Assembly (NCBI GenBank): GCA_051013385.1
Contig: CP143273.1
Location: 256,001-320,000 of the forward strand
From: Phormidium sp.
Lineage (GTDB): Bacteria; Cyanobacteriota; Cyanobacteriia; Cyanobacteriales; Aerosakkonemataceae
Direction: 5' to 3'
Length of the DNA stretch: 64,000 bases
The notes beneath the pieces are model-generated. The model was not told the DNA's origin. It was given only the letters and a program-made list of their open reading frames with translations, and made no database searches. The position numbers were made by a program, and so were the translations under genes. Below, one piece after another: positions 50,767 to 61,800 of this stretch; position 1 is the first letter of the stretch; the number at the start of each line of letters is the position of its first letter.

Positions 50767-52257
50767 CTATCTTCCCACTTGCACTCGGCGACCATTTTTG
50801 TTAAGCAGCGGATTTACATCCTCCTTCATTCCTTTGGCAAGTCGAACCATTTTTTTCCGTTCCTCGATATACTGAAGAGTCTCGGAGGCAAATTTTTCGT
50901 TAGACTCGATCGCGTCGATCATCTCTTGGGCTGGAATTACTACAACCTCAACCTCTTCATTGGCAACGACTGTCACCGGACTTAGCTCTCCTGGAAAGAT
51001 AGCCATTTCACCAAATGCTTCGTTAAGTTCAAGCTGGTTCACGATTTGGCGGTTACCTTGTTGATCTTTAAGGTAAGCCTCTCCCCTGCCCTTGCACAAA
51101 ATATAAAGTCCCTCGTCTTTCTTCCCTTCCTGAACAATTAACTCGCCCTTACCGTAGGCTTTAAATTTAGCCCGTTGAGCCAGTTTCTCAATCTGATTGT
51201 TATTAAGCGTGAGGAAATAGGGGAGCGATCGCAAATATCTGACCAATTCCTCTTGGCGGTTCTCGACTACTTGAGGAATCCGGCTTGGTATTCCTTGTCT
51301 AGCATCAACATCATACTGCACTGCGATCGGATAGGGAGAGGTAAAACCATAACGTTTGGTTAGATAGTAAAGTCGGAATTTGAGTTCCGGAGCAACAAGA
51401 AGAGCTTTTTCAGGCAGCACTTTATACCAAAGGTCGTAGGTGATACTAAAGTCTCCGTATGAACTAACCTCAGCAAAACCTTCAGATTCGATGGCATCTA
51501 TACCTTCCAATAAGCTACTTAGCGCTGGAATCACTTCATCAGGAGAATCGTCATAAGAAAAGCTGGCAGAAATATTTTTCCAAATTTTTCCCTGACCGTA
51601 ATTGATAATGCTTGCCTTCGACAACACCCCATTAGGAACGTTTAATTTCCAGGCAGGAGTTCCTATCGTAACCGACCACCAATTTTGCTCAAGTACTCGC
51701 CCCTGCTTTCCATCTAACTCAATCCAATCACCTGTATTGAATGGTTTGGCAAATAGCAGCAGCAATCCAGACACTAAGTTACTGAGGGTATCTTGCAGCG
51801 CCAAGGCAATGACCGCTGAAGCTATCCCCACAGCGCTGCCCACACCGCTCAGATTGATACTCCAAACTCCAGTAATAATGTGATAGCCAATGGCTACAAT
51901 CACTACAGCCCTAGCTACCTGAAAAAACAGGCTAGGTACATGAATTTGCCATTTAAGGGGTTGCTTTTTTGTAGTCAACAAAGCGTTGATTAAAGAAAGT
52001 CCTGCGACAACAATGGCAACCCAAGTTAACGTTTCCACAAAAAGTGCCCAAGAATCTTTGCCAGCGACCCTGAAAACCTGTCGCATAACTAAGATCGCGG
52101 CTAAGGGAGGTAACACATACTCGCGCACCTGACGCAGCCCAACTGCTAATGGGTGCTGCTGTCGTTCTAATCTTGAAGCGGCTTCACCCAGCAGTATACT
52201 CAACAAGGGGAATCCCAGCCCCACAAGCAATAACCATCCCAAAAGTTGTTTATCCAT
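50767..52257 (-). CDS. MscS-family mechanosensitive channel with C-terminal cNMP-binding domain
   Basis: LALQDTLSNLVSG, KPFNTGDWI and VPNG; cNMP domain IVQEG...FGEMA...VTVVA. Confidence 0.92.
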   Translation of the reverse strand: MDKQLLGWLLLVGLGFPLLSILLGEAASRLERQQHPLAVGLRQVREYVLPPLAAILVMRQVFRVAGKDSWALFVETLTWVAIVVAGLSLINALLTTKKQPLKWQIHVPSLFFQVARAVVIVAIGYHIITGVWSINLSGVGSAVGIASAVIALALQDTLSNLVSGLLLLFAKPFNTGDWIELDGKQGRVLEQNWWSVTIGTPAWKLNVPNGVLSKASIINYGQGKIWKNISASFSYDDSPDEVIPALSSLLEGIDAIESEGFAEVSSYGDFSITYDLWYKVLPEKALLVAPELKFRLYYLTKRYGFTSPYPIAVQYDVDARQGIPSRIPQVVENRQEELVRYLRSLPYFLTLNNNQIEKLAQRAKFKAYGKGELIVQEGKKDEGLYILCKGRGEAYLKDQQGNRQIVNQLELNEAFGEMAIFPGELSPVTVVANEEVEVVVIPAQEMIDAIESNEKFASETLQYIEERKKMVRLAKGMKEDVNPLLNKNGRRVQVGR

Positions 52258-52317
52258 AAATGTTTTTTAATGAGCAATAAACAGTGATTAACAGGACACG
52301 ACTGCCTCCTGCTTTCT

Positions 52318-54921
52318 TCAAACACCTATCTTTTCCAACTCAACTTCTGCTGCGGCTTCTTTCATAATTTCGCTCAGGAATAGATAAGCTTCTTCCCATG
52401 CCTTTCGTACTGGCATAGTAAACTCTTCACCCAGTCCTTGCGCTAATGTCCACAGCAACGCCTCACCGACAACATCGTAGTATTCAGCTTTGACACCATA
52501 GTCCACATGACGGCGACCCAGCTTTTGGACGACGGGGATAATCTTATCTGGCTGACGCAAACCTTCCACGGCAAGACCAAGGGTATTCATTAGCTTACCT
52601 TCCTGGTTTTTCATCTCTCCCTGCTTAAATAGAGGACGAAAAGAAGGTTCTAATTCAAACAGTCGTTGGTAGAATAGTTCGGCAGCTTTATCAGCAATGG
52701 GCTTGACTTTAGCAAAGGATGACTGCACCAATTCCACTTGAGTTGGAACTAACTTCCTGGTAGTTACCAGGGTCCAAGTTTCTAATTCTCCCAGACCTTG
52801 AATGTTCACGATCGGGTTTTGAATGAATGTGTAGCTATCTGCTATACGTTCGTACACGCTCTGAGTCAGTAAAATATGCTTCAACTCAGCTTTACTGGAA
52901 AGACTGCTGGCTATATATGCTGTTTCTCCCCAAATGCCGTATCTAAATCTCTCTGTTCCGACTACTCCTGCTGTTACTGGACCTGTATGAATGCTGATGC
53001 GTAACGCCAAGGCAGAATTATGCTGAGTATTCAGACGTTGGATGATGTCTAACATGGCTAGGGCAAAATCAACCGTTCGCTTACTGTGGTCGAATCTAGC
53101 TTGAGTGAGTCCGCACACCGCCATGTAGCTTGTACCCAGAGAGTCCTGTCGTTCCAACCCATAGCGTTCTGCACAATCGTCCAATTCATCAAATAGCTCG
53201 GTGAGCAATTCTGCCATCTGTTGCGGTGAAAGTCGTTTATTCAACTCAGAAAGACCAGCTATATGAGCATTGAGGATGGTTACTTGCTTGATATTGTCAG
53301 CAATGGTCGCCTCTCCTTGTTTTCTGCGATCAACGATCGCACTTGGTAGGATATTGAGCAGGAGAAGATCACTCTCCTGCTTCTTGATTTCTAACTCTTG
53401 CTCAGTTTGGCGTAATTTGTTCCCCAGTTGTTTGATCTCTGTTGCCAATTCCCCAAACTCGTCAAGCGACTCAACTTCAACATCCGCATCCAGTTCTCCA
53501 GCGGCAAGTTTTCGGGTATTTTCAGTCAAACGATGCAGAGGTGAGGTGAAAATTTTAGCAGCCACTGCTGCTAAAAACGCCGTCCCCAGTAGAAAAAGCG
53601 CCGCCGCCATCAGCAAAATGACCTGTAACACATAAAGCGGACTATAAGCTTCCCCAACCTCCATCTCTGCCAGAATCGCCCAATTTAACCCGTTCAACTG
53701 CAAAGGAGCATAAGAACTCAAGACCTCTGCCCCCCGATAGTTGCGGTTTACCATCATGCCTTGTTGCCCTTCCAAAGCGGCTATTGCGGCAGGACTCTTG
53801 ATTTTCTGCAAGCCAATGGTGGTGTTAAAAGTCTCCATCAGTTGCAGAGTTCTTGGGTCAGTCCCCGTGTAACGCACCGCGTTTTGATATTTTTTCGGGT
53901 CTTCACTCCAAAAACGGGATGTCGATCGCATCAGGGAATCGGGTCCGACTAAATACGCTTCCCCCGTTTTCTGCAAACCACTGCCTTGCCAATCATTATT
54001 CCGGCTAATAGCCCGATCGATCTTATTAAAGGGGATTTGCACAGCCAGGATACCAACCAAATTAGAACCGCTATAAATGGGCGTTGCCATGAAAGCCGCT
54101 GGAACATTATAAGAGGGGCGGTAAGGTTTAAAATCAGCAACCTGAATGCTACCTGGAGCCGGATTTGTCTTCATTTTCTCCACCAAATCCGCTAGCGCAC
54201 TATCAAAATACAAAGCCTGTAGTCGGTTCGTGGCAAAATCTGTCTCTTTAAAATAGGAATAGACGATATCCCCATTTTTAGGGTTAATCAAAAACAAATC
54301 ATAATAACCGTATTTTTCGATAATTCCGGCAAAGAATTTTTGATATTTGGCATGAGCTTTAGTGTAATCGCTGCCATCACCAGAATCAAGAAGCTTCTCT
54401 TTTTGACCAACTGGATTGGGATTAGAAGCAATGTAGTGATACTGGAGATAGCGAGCCGCTTGTCCGGTGGGAATATAAACACTAGGGATCGGGGTTCCAG
54501 GGAATAAATTTTTTTGCAACCGAGGGAAAAATTGCTCGGTGTAGTAAGCATTCAACGCTGTATCCCATTCGGAGGGAATCACGTTGTTCTCCAGGTTGCG
54601 AAAACCTGCATTCAACTCCACCATCGCTTTAACGACGTTGCTGTCTGCTGCTAGCATCCCCACTTGGTTGTTTAAATTTTCAAAGTACGACTTAAACTGC
54701 TCGGCTTTGGTGCTGCTGATACCTGCAAGTTGCGAGGCGATTTTACTTCTGAGGGTGGCTTGTGTTTGATACCAACCAATTCCACTCACGACCACTACAG
54801 AACCAAGGCTAACTCCTAGCAGCAACGCTTGCAGCTTGGATTGAATAGTCCAGTCGCCTAGTTTGAGATTAATTGGAGAGCTATTACGGGATTTACGCAA
54901 ACGATTTAAAGAATTTAACAT
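52318..54921 (-). CDS. Periplasmic sensor-HAMP-class III cyclase-like-globin fusion protein
   Basis: TM, large Cache-like periplasmic region, TM, HAMP (DEFGELA), LLLNILP, cyclase fold (LRISIHTGPVTAGVVG), C-terminal globin (LFYQRLF, LGRRHVDYGV). Confidence 0.88.
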   Translation of the reverse strand: MLNSLNRLRKSRNSSPINLKLGDWTIQSKLQALLLGVSLGSVVVVSGIGWYQTQATLRSKIASQLAGISSTKAEQFKSYFENLNNQVGMLAADSNVVKAMVELNAGFRNLENNVIPSEWDTALNAYYTEQFFPRLQKNLFPGTPIPSVYIPTGQAARYLQYHYIASNPNPVGQKEKLLDSGDGSDYTKAHAKYQKFFAGIIEKYGYYDLFLINPKNGDIVYSYFKETDFATNRLQALYFDSALADLVEKMKTNPAPGSIQVADFKPYRPSYNVPAAFMATPIYSGSNLVGILAVQIPFNKIDRAISRNNDWQGSGLQKTGEAYLVGPDSLMRSTSRFWSEDPKKYQNAVRYTGTDPRTLQLMETFNTTIGLQKIKSPAAIAALEGQQGMMVNRNYRGAEVLSSYAPLQLNGLNWAILAEMEVGEAYSPLYVLQVILLMAAALFLLGTAFLAAVAAKIFTSPLHRLTENTRKLAAGELDADVEVESLDEFGELATEIKQLGNKLRQTEQELEIKKQESDLLLLNILPSAIVDRRKQGEATIADNIKQVTILNAHIAGLSELNKRLSPQQMAELLTELFDELDDCAERYGLERQDSLGTSYMAVCGLTQARFDHSKRTVDFALAMLDIIQRLNTQHNSALALRISIHTGPVTAGVVGTERFRYGIWGETAYIASSLSSKAELKHILLTQSVYERIADSYTFIQNPIVNIQGLGELETWTLVTTRKLVPTQVELVQSSFAKVKPIADKAAELFYQRLFELEPSFRPLFKQGEMKNQEGKLMNTLGLAVEGLRQPDKIIPVVQKLGRRHVDYGVKAEYYDVVGEALLWTLAQGLGEEFTMPVRKAWEEAYLFLSEIMKEAAAEVELEKIGV

Positions 54922-55172
54922 CTTTTTGATTAATTTTGATGGTGAATACTTAACCCAGAAGGCAGAAGGGATATTGCTTGTACAGTAAACTTTTTAATTT
55001 TTTTAAATGATCATTATTTCTGCCCCGCTATACTAGCAAGTTTGATGTTGCAATTACATTTATATTCTTATTATTTATTTTCCTTGATTCTATCTATCAT
55101 TTTAATTAGATTAAGTCAAGTATTTTACAAATAATTTAGAAATAAATTCTTCACTTATGAAAGTAATAAATA

Positions 55173-55205
55173 TAGGAAAATTAGGAATAGTAGGGAAAGT
55201 AGGAA
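55173..55205 (+). promoter_or_regulatory. Quadruple 9-bp direct repeat, candidate operator
   Basis: TAGG at 55173, 55182, 55191 and 55200 in the divergent promoter region. Confidence 0.55.
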
Positions 55206-55356
55206 TCTGGTATAGGCAAGATTAATTTTTAAAAAAAAGCTTATTATTAATTTACTTCTTATTAATGCTGAGTAAAGCAAAAATTATAAATATTTCAAAT
55301 ACATCATCACTCTTGGAAACAAGCGAAAACGGAGTATTGGTAGAGATGGCAAAGGT

Positions 55357-56355
55357 ATGAAGAAAGGTCATCAGAACCGAACTCGTTCACAAACAATTGT
55401 TAAGCCAAGCAATACGATAAGGTTCATGAACATGATTAATGCCAGTAACATTCTTAATGACTATGCCAAACAAGAACGAAATTTTAAAAATCTTGACCTT
55501 AGTCGAGTTGACCTGAAGGGTGCTGACCTAAATGGAGTTGATTTTAGTCATACTAACCTCAATAAAGCTGATTTGAGTTCTACAAATTTAAGTGGTACAA
55601 GTCTGATTTGGACAGATTTGAATCGAGCCAACTTAAGACAAGCAAACCTAACTCAATCATGCCTGCTCCACAGTAGCCTGTTATGGGCAGATTTACAGGA
55701 AGCCATATTAGTTAAGGCTAACTTGAGTAATGCTCTGCTTAATAATGCTAATTTAACTTCGGCCTGTTTAAAGGATGCTGATTTGATGGAAGCGTGTTTA
55801 CAAAACGCTTGTTTAGTTCAAACAACTCTTAGTCGAGCCAATTTATTCAAAGCCAGCTTGAAAGGAGCGAATTTAACCAAAGCCAATCTCGATGATGCTA
55901 ATTTGCATCAGACTAATTGGGAAGGTGCTATTTTAAGCGAAGCCTCGTTGCAGCGAGTTAACCTCGAAGAAAGCCAACTTAATGAGGCAATTCTCCGCAG
56001 AGCTAATTTGACGGAGGCTGATTTGGTTAAGGCTGATTTGAGATATGCCGATTTGACAGAAGCAATTTTAAGCCGAGTTGCTCTAGAGTTAGCTAACTTA
56101 GCTGGCGCTGACTTCAGCCGTGCGACTCTAAAACGAGCCTCTCTATTTCAAGCCGATTTAGAGGGAGCCATTTTGCAGAATACCGACCTAGTTGAGACTG
56201 ATTTGAGACACGCCAACTTGAAAAATGCTGAGCTAATGGGTGCTGATTTCTCTGGTTCCCGCGTCAAAGGAGCCTGTTTTACAGAGGCTCAAGGGTTAAC
56301 TGATGCACAGAAGCAGTGGCTCAGAATTAATGGAGCGTTGAATATCTCAGTCTAG
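55357..56355 (+). CDS. Pentapeptide repeat protein
   Basis: Continuous A(D/N)Lxx repeats; start may be a downstream Met. Confidence 0.93.
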   Translation: MKKGHQNRTRSQTIVKPSNTIRFMNMINASNILNDYAKQERNFKNLDLSRVDLKGADLNGVDFSHTNLNKADLSSTNLSGTSLIWTDLNRANLRQANLTQSCLLHSSLLWADLQEAILVKANLSNALLNNANLTSACLKDADLMEACLQNACLVQTTLSRANLFKASLKGANLTKANLDDANLHQTNWEGAILSEASLQRVNLEESQLNEAILRRANLTEADLVKADLRYADLTEAILSRVALELANLAGADFSRATLKRASLFQADLEGAILQNTDLVETDLRHANLKNAELMGADFSGSRVKGACFTEAQGLTDAQKQWLRINGALNISV

Positions 56356-56489
56356 CCAGTTGGTATTGGAATGAAAAACATTGAAGAACTTGTGGAATTT
56401 GCGCTCCAGTTAGTGGCTACAGAAACAGGGTTTTCACTGAGCTATATAAACTCCTATTTATTCGCGCTCTACAAGCACGAATAAATTGA

Positions 56490-56588
56490 TCTCATGTCCG
56501 GTTGATTACCCATAATGTAGAGACGTTATATATAACGTCTCTACAGGGTTTTGGATTAAGGATATTATCGCTGATCGAAGGGACATGA
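56490..56588. mobile_element. Small palindromic repeat element
   Basis: Perfect palindrome TGTAGAGACGTTATATATAACGTCTCTACA at 56516-56545 inside TCATGTCC...GGACATGA termini. Confidence 0.65.
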
Positions 56589-56604
56589 TATGAACTTTTA
56601 GCAC

Positions 56605-57105
56605 CTAGTGAGGAGCTAACAATGGGTGTCCTTCGGGATACAAAAGCTTGAGCTTTTGTTCAAAGAGTTTTTTCTCTTCGGTGTATATCGCTTCAATCTG
56701 ATCGACTACATCTTCAGAAATTCCCATTCCTGATGCTACTTTACGAACCATCGCTTTTTCATCTTCACTATATTCCGTATCAGCAGAACAGGTTGCGATC
56801 GCATCGTAAATTATGGAGCGTCGCGCATATTTTGAAAGCATCTCAACGCTAGCTAGTAGATCTTCTAGGCTATCTGTTGCCGGATAGTTTTTTATTTCTT
56901 CAATTACCGAATCGGAAACTCCCTTTGCTGCCGCCAGACCAATTATCCAATTCCTTTCTCCTGGTGTTATTTCTCCATCAGCATTGGCACAAAGTAACAC
57001 AATTTTTGAGTAGATATGTGTTACACTTTTCAAAGGTACTTCCTTGAAATTTAGGGTTTATTTGTAAATCCATTTAGCAATTATTTGACGTGGATCATCA
57101 GACAT
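56605..57105 (-). pseudogene. TerB-like helical protein with an early nonsense codon
   Basis: MSDDPRQIIAKWIYK*TLNFKEVPLKSV...ADGEITPGE...SADTEYSEDE; TAA at 57058-57060 is in frame with the tracked ORF. Confidence 0.7.
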
Positions 57106-57165
57106 TTTCTAATTCCTTTTTTTACGCTATTGGTTCTAGCAGATAAAAGTCTAGTTTTTGATTAC

Positions 57166-57753
57166 CTAGACCGAACAAATGAGAGATAAAGGGTTCTGGG
57201 AGCGAAAATATCCGCCTAGCAGAAAAAGCAATTCGCAAGCAAATCGAGGCAGGAAATAATAGGAAGAAAGATAGTCATAGTTATTGACAATCAAACAGTA
57301 AGTTCCTGTTTCACCGAATCGTGTAAGTTGGGGAGGAATGGGTACTTCGGTCGTGGAGTGAGGGGTTACAGGTTCCGTGAAAGAGTTTTGACATGGGAGT
57401 ATTGTTAACTGGGAACTGGGAGCAAGCGTAGGGTCGCAGTCTCCATCCTCTTGCTTCTCCACACCCGGCACACTACCCTCTACACTCTGTTGATCTGCCT
57501 GGGAGAATAGATATTCCTTCAAGACTAAAAACAGATTTTTTTTCGTTACTCTCTGACCTATTGCTTTGGAAAGGGTTTGCCACAACTGAGAGCCAATATC
57601 CTTGAGGTGAGCAATACTATAGGCACAATCAGGTGCCATCTCGCTATAACCGCGTCCAACCCATGACTGGCACAGGATGAAGCGCTCCAAAGAACTTAGT
57701 TGTCTAGAGAGCAGACTTTGTTCTACAGTATCTAAAACTTCATCAACATTCAT
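57166..57753 (-). CDS. N-terminal HTH domain of the type found on cyanobacterial AAA/NB-ARC proteins; ATPase part absent (probably truncated)
   Basis: LSSLERFILCQSW.G.GY.EMA...LKDIGSQLWQTLSKAIGQRVTKKNL, followed by non-conserved-looking sequence. Confidence 0.65.
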   Translation of the reverse strand: MNVDEVLDTVEQSLLSRQLSSLERFILCQSWVGRGYSEMAPDCAYSIAHLKDIGSQLWQTLSKAIGQRVTKKNLFLVLKEYLFSQADQQSVEGSVPGVEKQEDGDCDPTLAPSSQLTILPCQNSFTEPVTPHSTTEVPIPPQLTRFGETGTYCLIVNNYDYLSSYYFLPRFACELLFLLGGYFRSQNPLSLICSV

Positions 57754-58146
57754 AATAGTGTTTCCATTTGAGTAGTATGCTTCAAGGAGTGTAAAAGCTG
57801 AAACTATTGGTATTTATTGGCTTTTAGCTCCGTTGTCACCCCCCGAAGTAGTAGCGTACATTTAGCAAAAGGCTTCACTATTTATTGTTAGGTGCTTTAG
57901 CTCAACGAGAAAATAGATAAAGTTGGTATGTTTGTGTAAAGTTATATTCTGATGAAGAGCGATTTCACAATTAGGTGCTATTGTCAATATACTAAATTGG
58001 TTAATTAATGCTCCAACTAAAAGCTCAGTTTGGTGATAAGAGAAAGCGAAAACTTGTATTTAACTCTGGTTGGGGCGATCGTTCTCAATAGCCCTTTCTC
58101 CACTATCTGTTCAACTGCCGCAATTAATTGAATCAGCCGAAAATAA

Positions 58147-58163
58147 AAGTAGGAAAAGTGGGT
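58147..58163 (+). promoter_or_regulatory. Double 9-bp direct repeat, candidate operator
   Basis: AAGTAGGAA AAGTGGGT, about 130 bp upstream of the globin gene. Confidence 0.4.
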
Positions 58164-58294
58164 TGATTCCCAAAAAGAGTAGCTTTAATTTTTAAAAGTG
58201 ATAACCTTTTAAATTAAGGAAAAATTATTGGTAAATTACAAATGTTAAGTCAACTCTTGTAGCAAAATATAAATATTAGGCTAGGAAAAAAATA

Positions 58295-58711
58295 ATGTCT
58301 TTAAATGTTGAACTGTTAGAGCAAAGTTTCGCTCAAATAAAACCTCGCGCTGATGACTTTGTAGCTAGTTTCTACGAAAACTTGTTTACCGCTCACCCAG
58401 AAGCAAAGCCGTTATTTGCCAAGACTAATATGAGCGAGCAACGCAAGCATCTGTTAGCGGCTTTAAACTTGGTAGTACAAAATCTTCGGAAACCACAGGT
58501 TTTAGAAGAAGCTCTCAAATCTCTAGGAGCCAAGCACGTCGGGTATGGAACTGCTGCCAAACATTACCCCCTAGTTGGGCAAGCACTGCTAACAACCTTT
58601 GAGCAGTATCTTCAGCAAGATTGGACTCCTGAAGTTAAGCAAGCCTGGACAGATGCTTTGGGAGCAATTACTACTCTGATGTTAAAAGGTGCGGACGAAG
58701 TAGAATCTTAG
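58295..58711 (+). CDS. Single-domain globin (flavohaemoglobin-type 3/3 fold)
   Basis: FYENLF, LF, Q at E7 region, LGAKHVGYG (proximal His), HYPLVGQALL and AW motifs. Confidence 0.93.
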   Translation: MSLNVELLEQSFAQIKPRADDFVASFYENLFTAHPEAKPLFAKTNMSEQRKHLLAALNLVVQNLRKPQVLEEALKSLGAKHVGYGTAAKHYPLVGQALLTTFEQYLQQDWTPEVKQAWTDALGAITTLMLKGADEVES

Positions 58712-58730
58712 AACTATCCGAATTGTCTAT

Positions 58731-58821
58731 TAGACCTCTCCAGAAATTAAAGGTGCGTCGCCTAGAACTCTTGTAGAGACGTTTCATGAAACGTCTCTAC
58801 AAGGTTTTTTGGAGATGTCTA
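58731..58821. mobile_element. Small palindromic repeat element
   Basis: TAGACCTCTCC...GGAGATGTCTA termini with inner palindrome TTGTAGAGACGTTTCATGAAACGTCTCTACAA. Confidence 0.65.
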
Positions 58822-61800
58822 TTGGAGAGAGCGATCGCACAAATGTCTATCCTCCTCCTTCACTTCGGCATTAGTGAGTAGATAATCCCGCACCAAATCG
58901 CAACCTGATGCTAGTACTTTATCTAGCTCTACAGACTGCTCCAAATTCCACAAAATTACCGTTTTGTCCTCAGAAGCGGAAGCCAGAGTTTTGCCATCAG
59001 GAGCAAAAGCTAATTCCTTAACTCCAGCACTATGTCCAATTAAATTTGTGAGGAATCTCCCGTCAGACTTCCAAAGTTTAATTATCCCATCATTACTTCC
59101 TGTAGCAATTGTTTGGCTATCAGGGCTAAAAGCTACACTCCAAATCCCAGAATCATGTCCCTTAAGAATATGCAATAACTGACCGTCACGACTCCAAAGT
59201 TTAACTATTTTGTCTTCACTCACGGAAGCAATCAATTCCCCATTAGGACTGAAAGCGGCGTTCATAACTGCACTATCATGAGCTTGAATAGTCTTGAATA
59301 AGCTATTCTCACTTTTGGCAACTGATTTAGAATTTAAAACTGAAGCTAAACGCCAAAACTTTAGTGTTTTGTCGCCACTACTCGATACAAGTGTCGCACC
59401 ATTGGGACTAAAAGCCACCGCCCAAGTTCCTGCTGTGTGTCCTCTGAAGGTAGCGATTTGGGTGCCGTTGACGTGCCAAAGTTTGATTGTGCGATCGCTA
59501 CTCGAAGATGCAATCATATTACCATCAGGGCTAAAAGCGATTTTCCTAATATCACCCTGATGCCCTTTGAGACTATAAAGCAATGTACCATCAGGACTCC
59601 AAAACTGGATCGATTGGTCTGCACTAGCTGTAGCGATCGTTTTACCATCTGGACTGATAGCAATTGAGCTAAACTGAGGCATTGGCCCTTTTAAGTGTCT
59701 ATTGCTAGTCCCATCCTTGCGCCAGAGGATAGCCTCCTTCGGACTTGATGAAGCTACTAACTGTCCATCAGAGCTAAAAGCCACTCCCCAAACTCCAGCT
59801 GTATGTCCCCGCAAAACTTTCAGTAAAGGACTGTCTAATTTCCAGGCTTTTACAGTCCCATCCCAAGATGCAGAATATAATTTGTCGCCGCTGGGACTAA
59901 AAGCCAGATCTTTAATCGCACTGTCATGACCTCTAATCGCATTCAAAGAAGTACCATCAAGACTCCAAAATTTTAGCATCTGGTCATCAGAGCCAGAGAC
60001 AATCATCTGCCCATTGGGGCTGAAAGCTAGTGTGTTAACTGCTGCATTGTGTGCGGTGAAAGTCCTGATTTTAGTGCCATCACGCTGCCAAAGTTGCAAC
60101 TTGCCATCTCCATTGCCTGTTGCCAGGGTTTTACCATCAGGACTAAAGGCAATTGCGAAAACAGGAGATCGTATATCTAAAAGTGTTTTCACCAATGTGC
60201 CATCTCGTCGCCAGAGTTTGATTGTGCCGTTGTCAGAAGCGGAGACAATCAGATCTCCATCGGGGCTAAAAACTACTTGGGTAACGATCGCACCATGCCC
60301 TTTTAAGGTCTTTATTAATGTACCATCTTTCCGCCAGAGTTTTAGCGTACTGTCCGCACCAGATGAAACAATCAGTTCCCCATCAGGACTAAACTTTACT
60401 TTGCTAGCTGAAGCTGTAAACCCTGTCAAAGTTTTCAGCAAAGTACCGTCACTTCGCCAGAGTTTTACGGTTGTGTCTCCACTTCCTGAAGCAATCAATT
60501 GACCGTTGGGGCTGATGTCTACTCCTAAAGCTGGGCCAATATGTCCTTTGAGGGTGCGAAGTAACCTGCCATCACGATGCCAAATTTGGATGCCATCTTG
60601 CAATGTCGCTACAGCAATAATCTCGCCATTAGAACTGACATCTAATCCGTTAATGGCGGAACCATAACCTGAAAAGCGGTTAAATTCAATAGCTCCATAA
60701 ATCGATCGCCTTAAAGCTAAATCTACCATTGTTTCTGTTTGCGGGTCAGTTAGGGCTAAGGTTTTTAGTTCAATTCTTGCCCTAAGCGCTTCAATTAAAG
60801 CATCTAACCTTTTATCTAAGGCAAAGAGGGCGGCTGAATATCTAGCCCTGCCTTGAATTTTTTCGATTTCTTCATTACGTTGGCTAGTCAGGGCTTTTTG
60901 GTACTGCGAAAAAGCGAATATTCCGGCTGCGATCGCATTTACCAAAGCAAAGGAAAGCGCAGCAATCAAATAAGATTGGCGTTTAGCATTTTTTTTCTTT
61001 AGTGCTAACCTAGCTTCTAATTCTTTGAGACGTTCTGCTTCTAAAAATAATTGGAGTTCTTGTCTATCTACTTCTTGGCTAGCCGCTAAAAAATGATAGT
61101 CCAAATCGCTTAAACTTTTGCCCTGCGTCCAGTATGAAGCGTCTTTTAAAGCTTGTCCGCGCAAGAGGCGAGATTTATCCTGTTTCCCCGAAGCGACCCA
61201 AGCATCAAACGTCTGTGAATAAGGACGCAATGCAGCTAAACTTTTTTCTACCCATTGCAGATTAAATACTTGTTGATAGATACGATTTTTTATCTTTAAT
61301 ATTCCTTCGTGTTTAACAACTAAGCCACTGAGTAACAATTCAATTTGCTCTCGACTATCATCACTTTTTATTTCAACTTCTTGCAAAATTTGTTGATAAA
61401 TGCCCAGAATTCTACCAGCCCGCTGTCCATTACGTTCGATGCGATCGCGTATAGTTCGCAAATGTTCTGGTTCATCCTGCGATTCCCAACGTTCAACGAT
61501 CCGAGTTTTGACCAAATTCTCAATCCAGAACGATTCCGTACCTGGTGGAATGCGATTTAAGCCATCCTTCCCCATTGTCGGCTGACTCAATTGTGCGACT
61601 AATTGACACAACTTCTGAGTCAAAAATGGTTGTCCAGCCGTCCAGTCTAAAATCGCCCTGACAACCAATGCAGGTTGTTCAACTTTCTTTTCCAGCCCTT
61701 GAATTAAGGGTGTTACTTCCTTCCACTCAAATCCTTTTAATTCGATCGCTTGTCCAATATTAAATGGTGTCTTAGTTCTATCTCGAATCAGATCCGAGGG

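Noticed and set aside
29434..57105. Stop-codon recoding or selenocysteine suggested by several in-frame stops
   Set aside because: The stops are of mixed types, fall at positions where different residues are expected, and co-occur with deletions; core genes use the standard code. Pseudogenisation explains them better.
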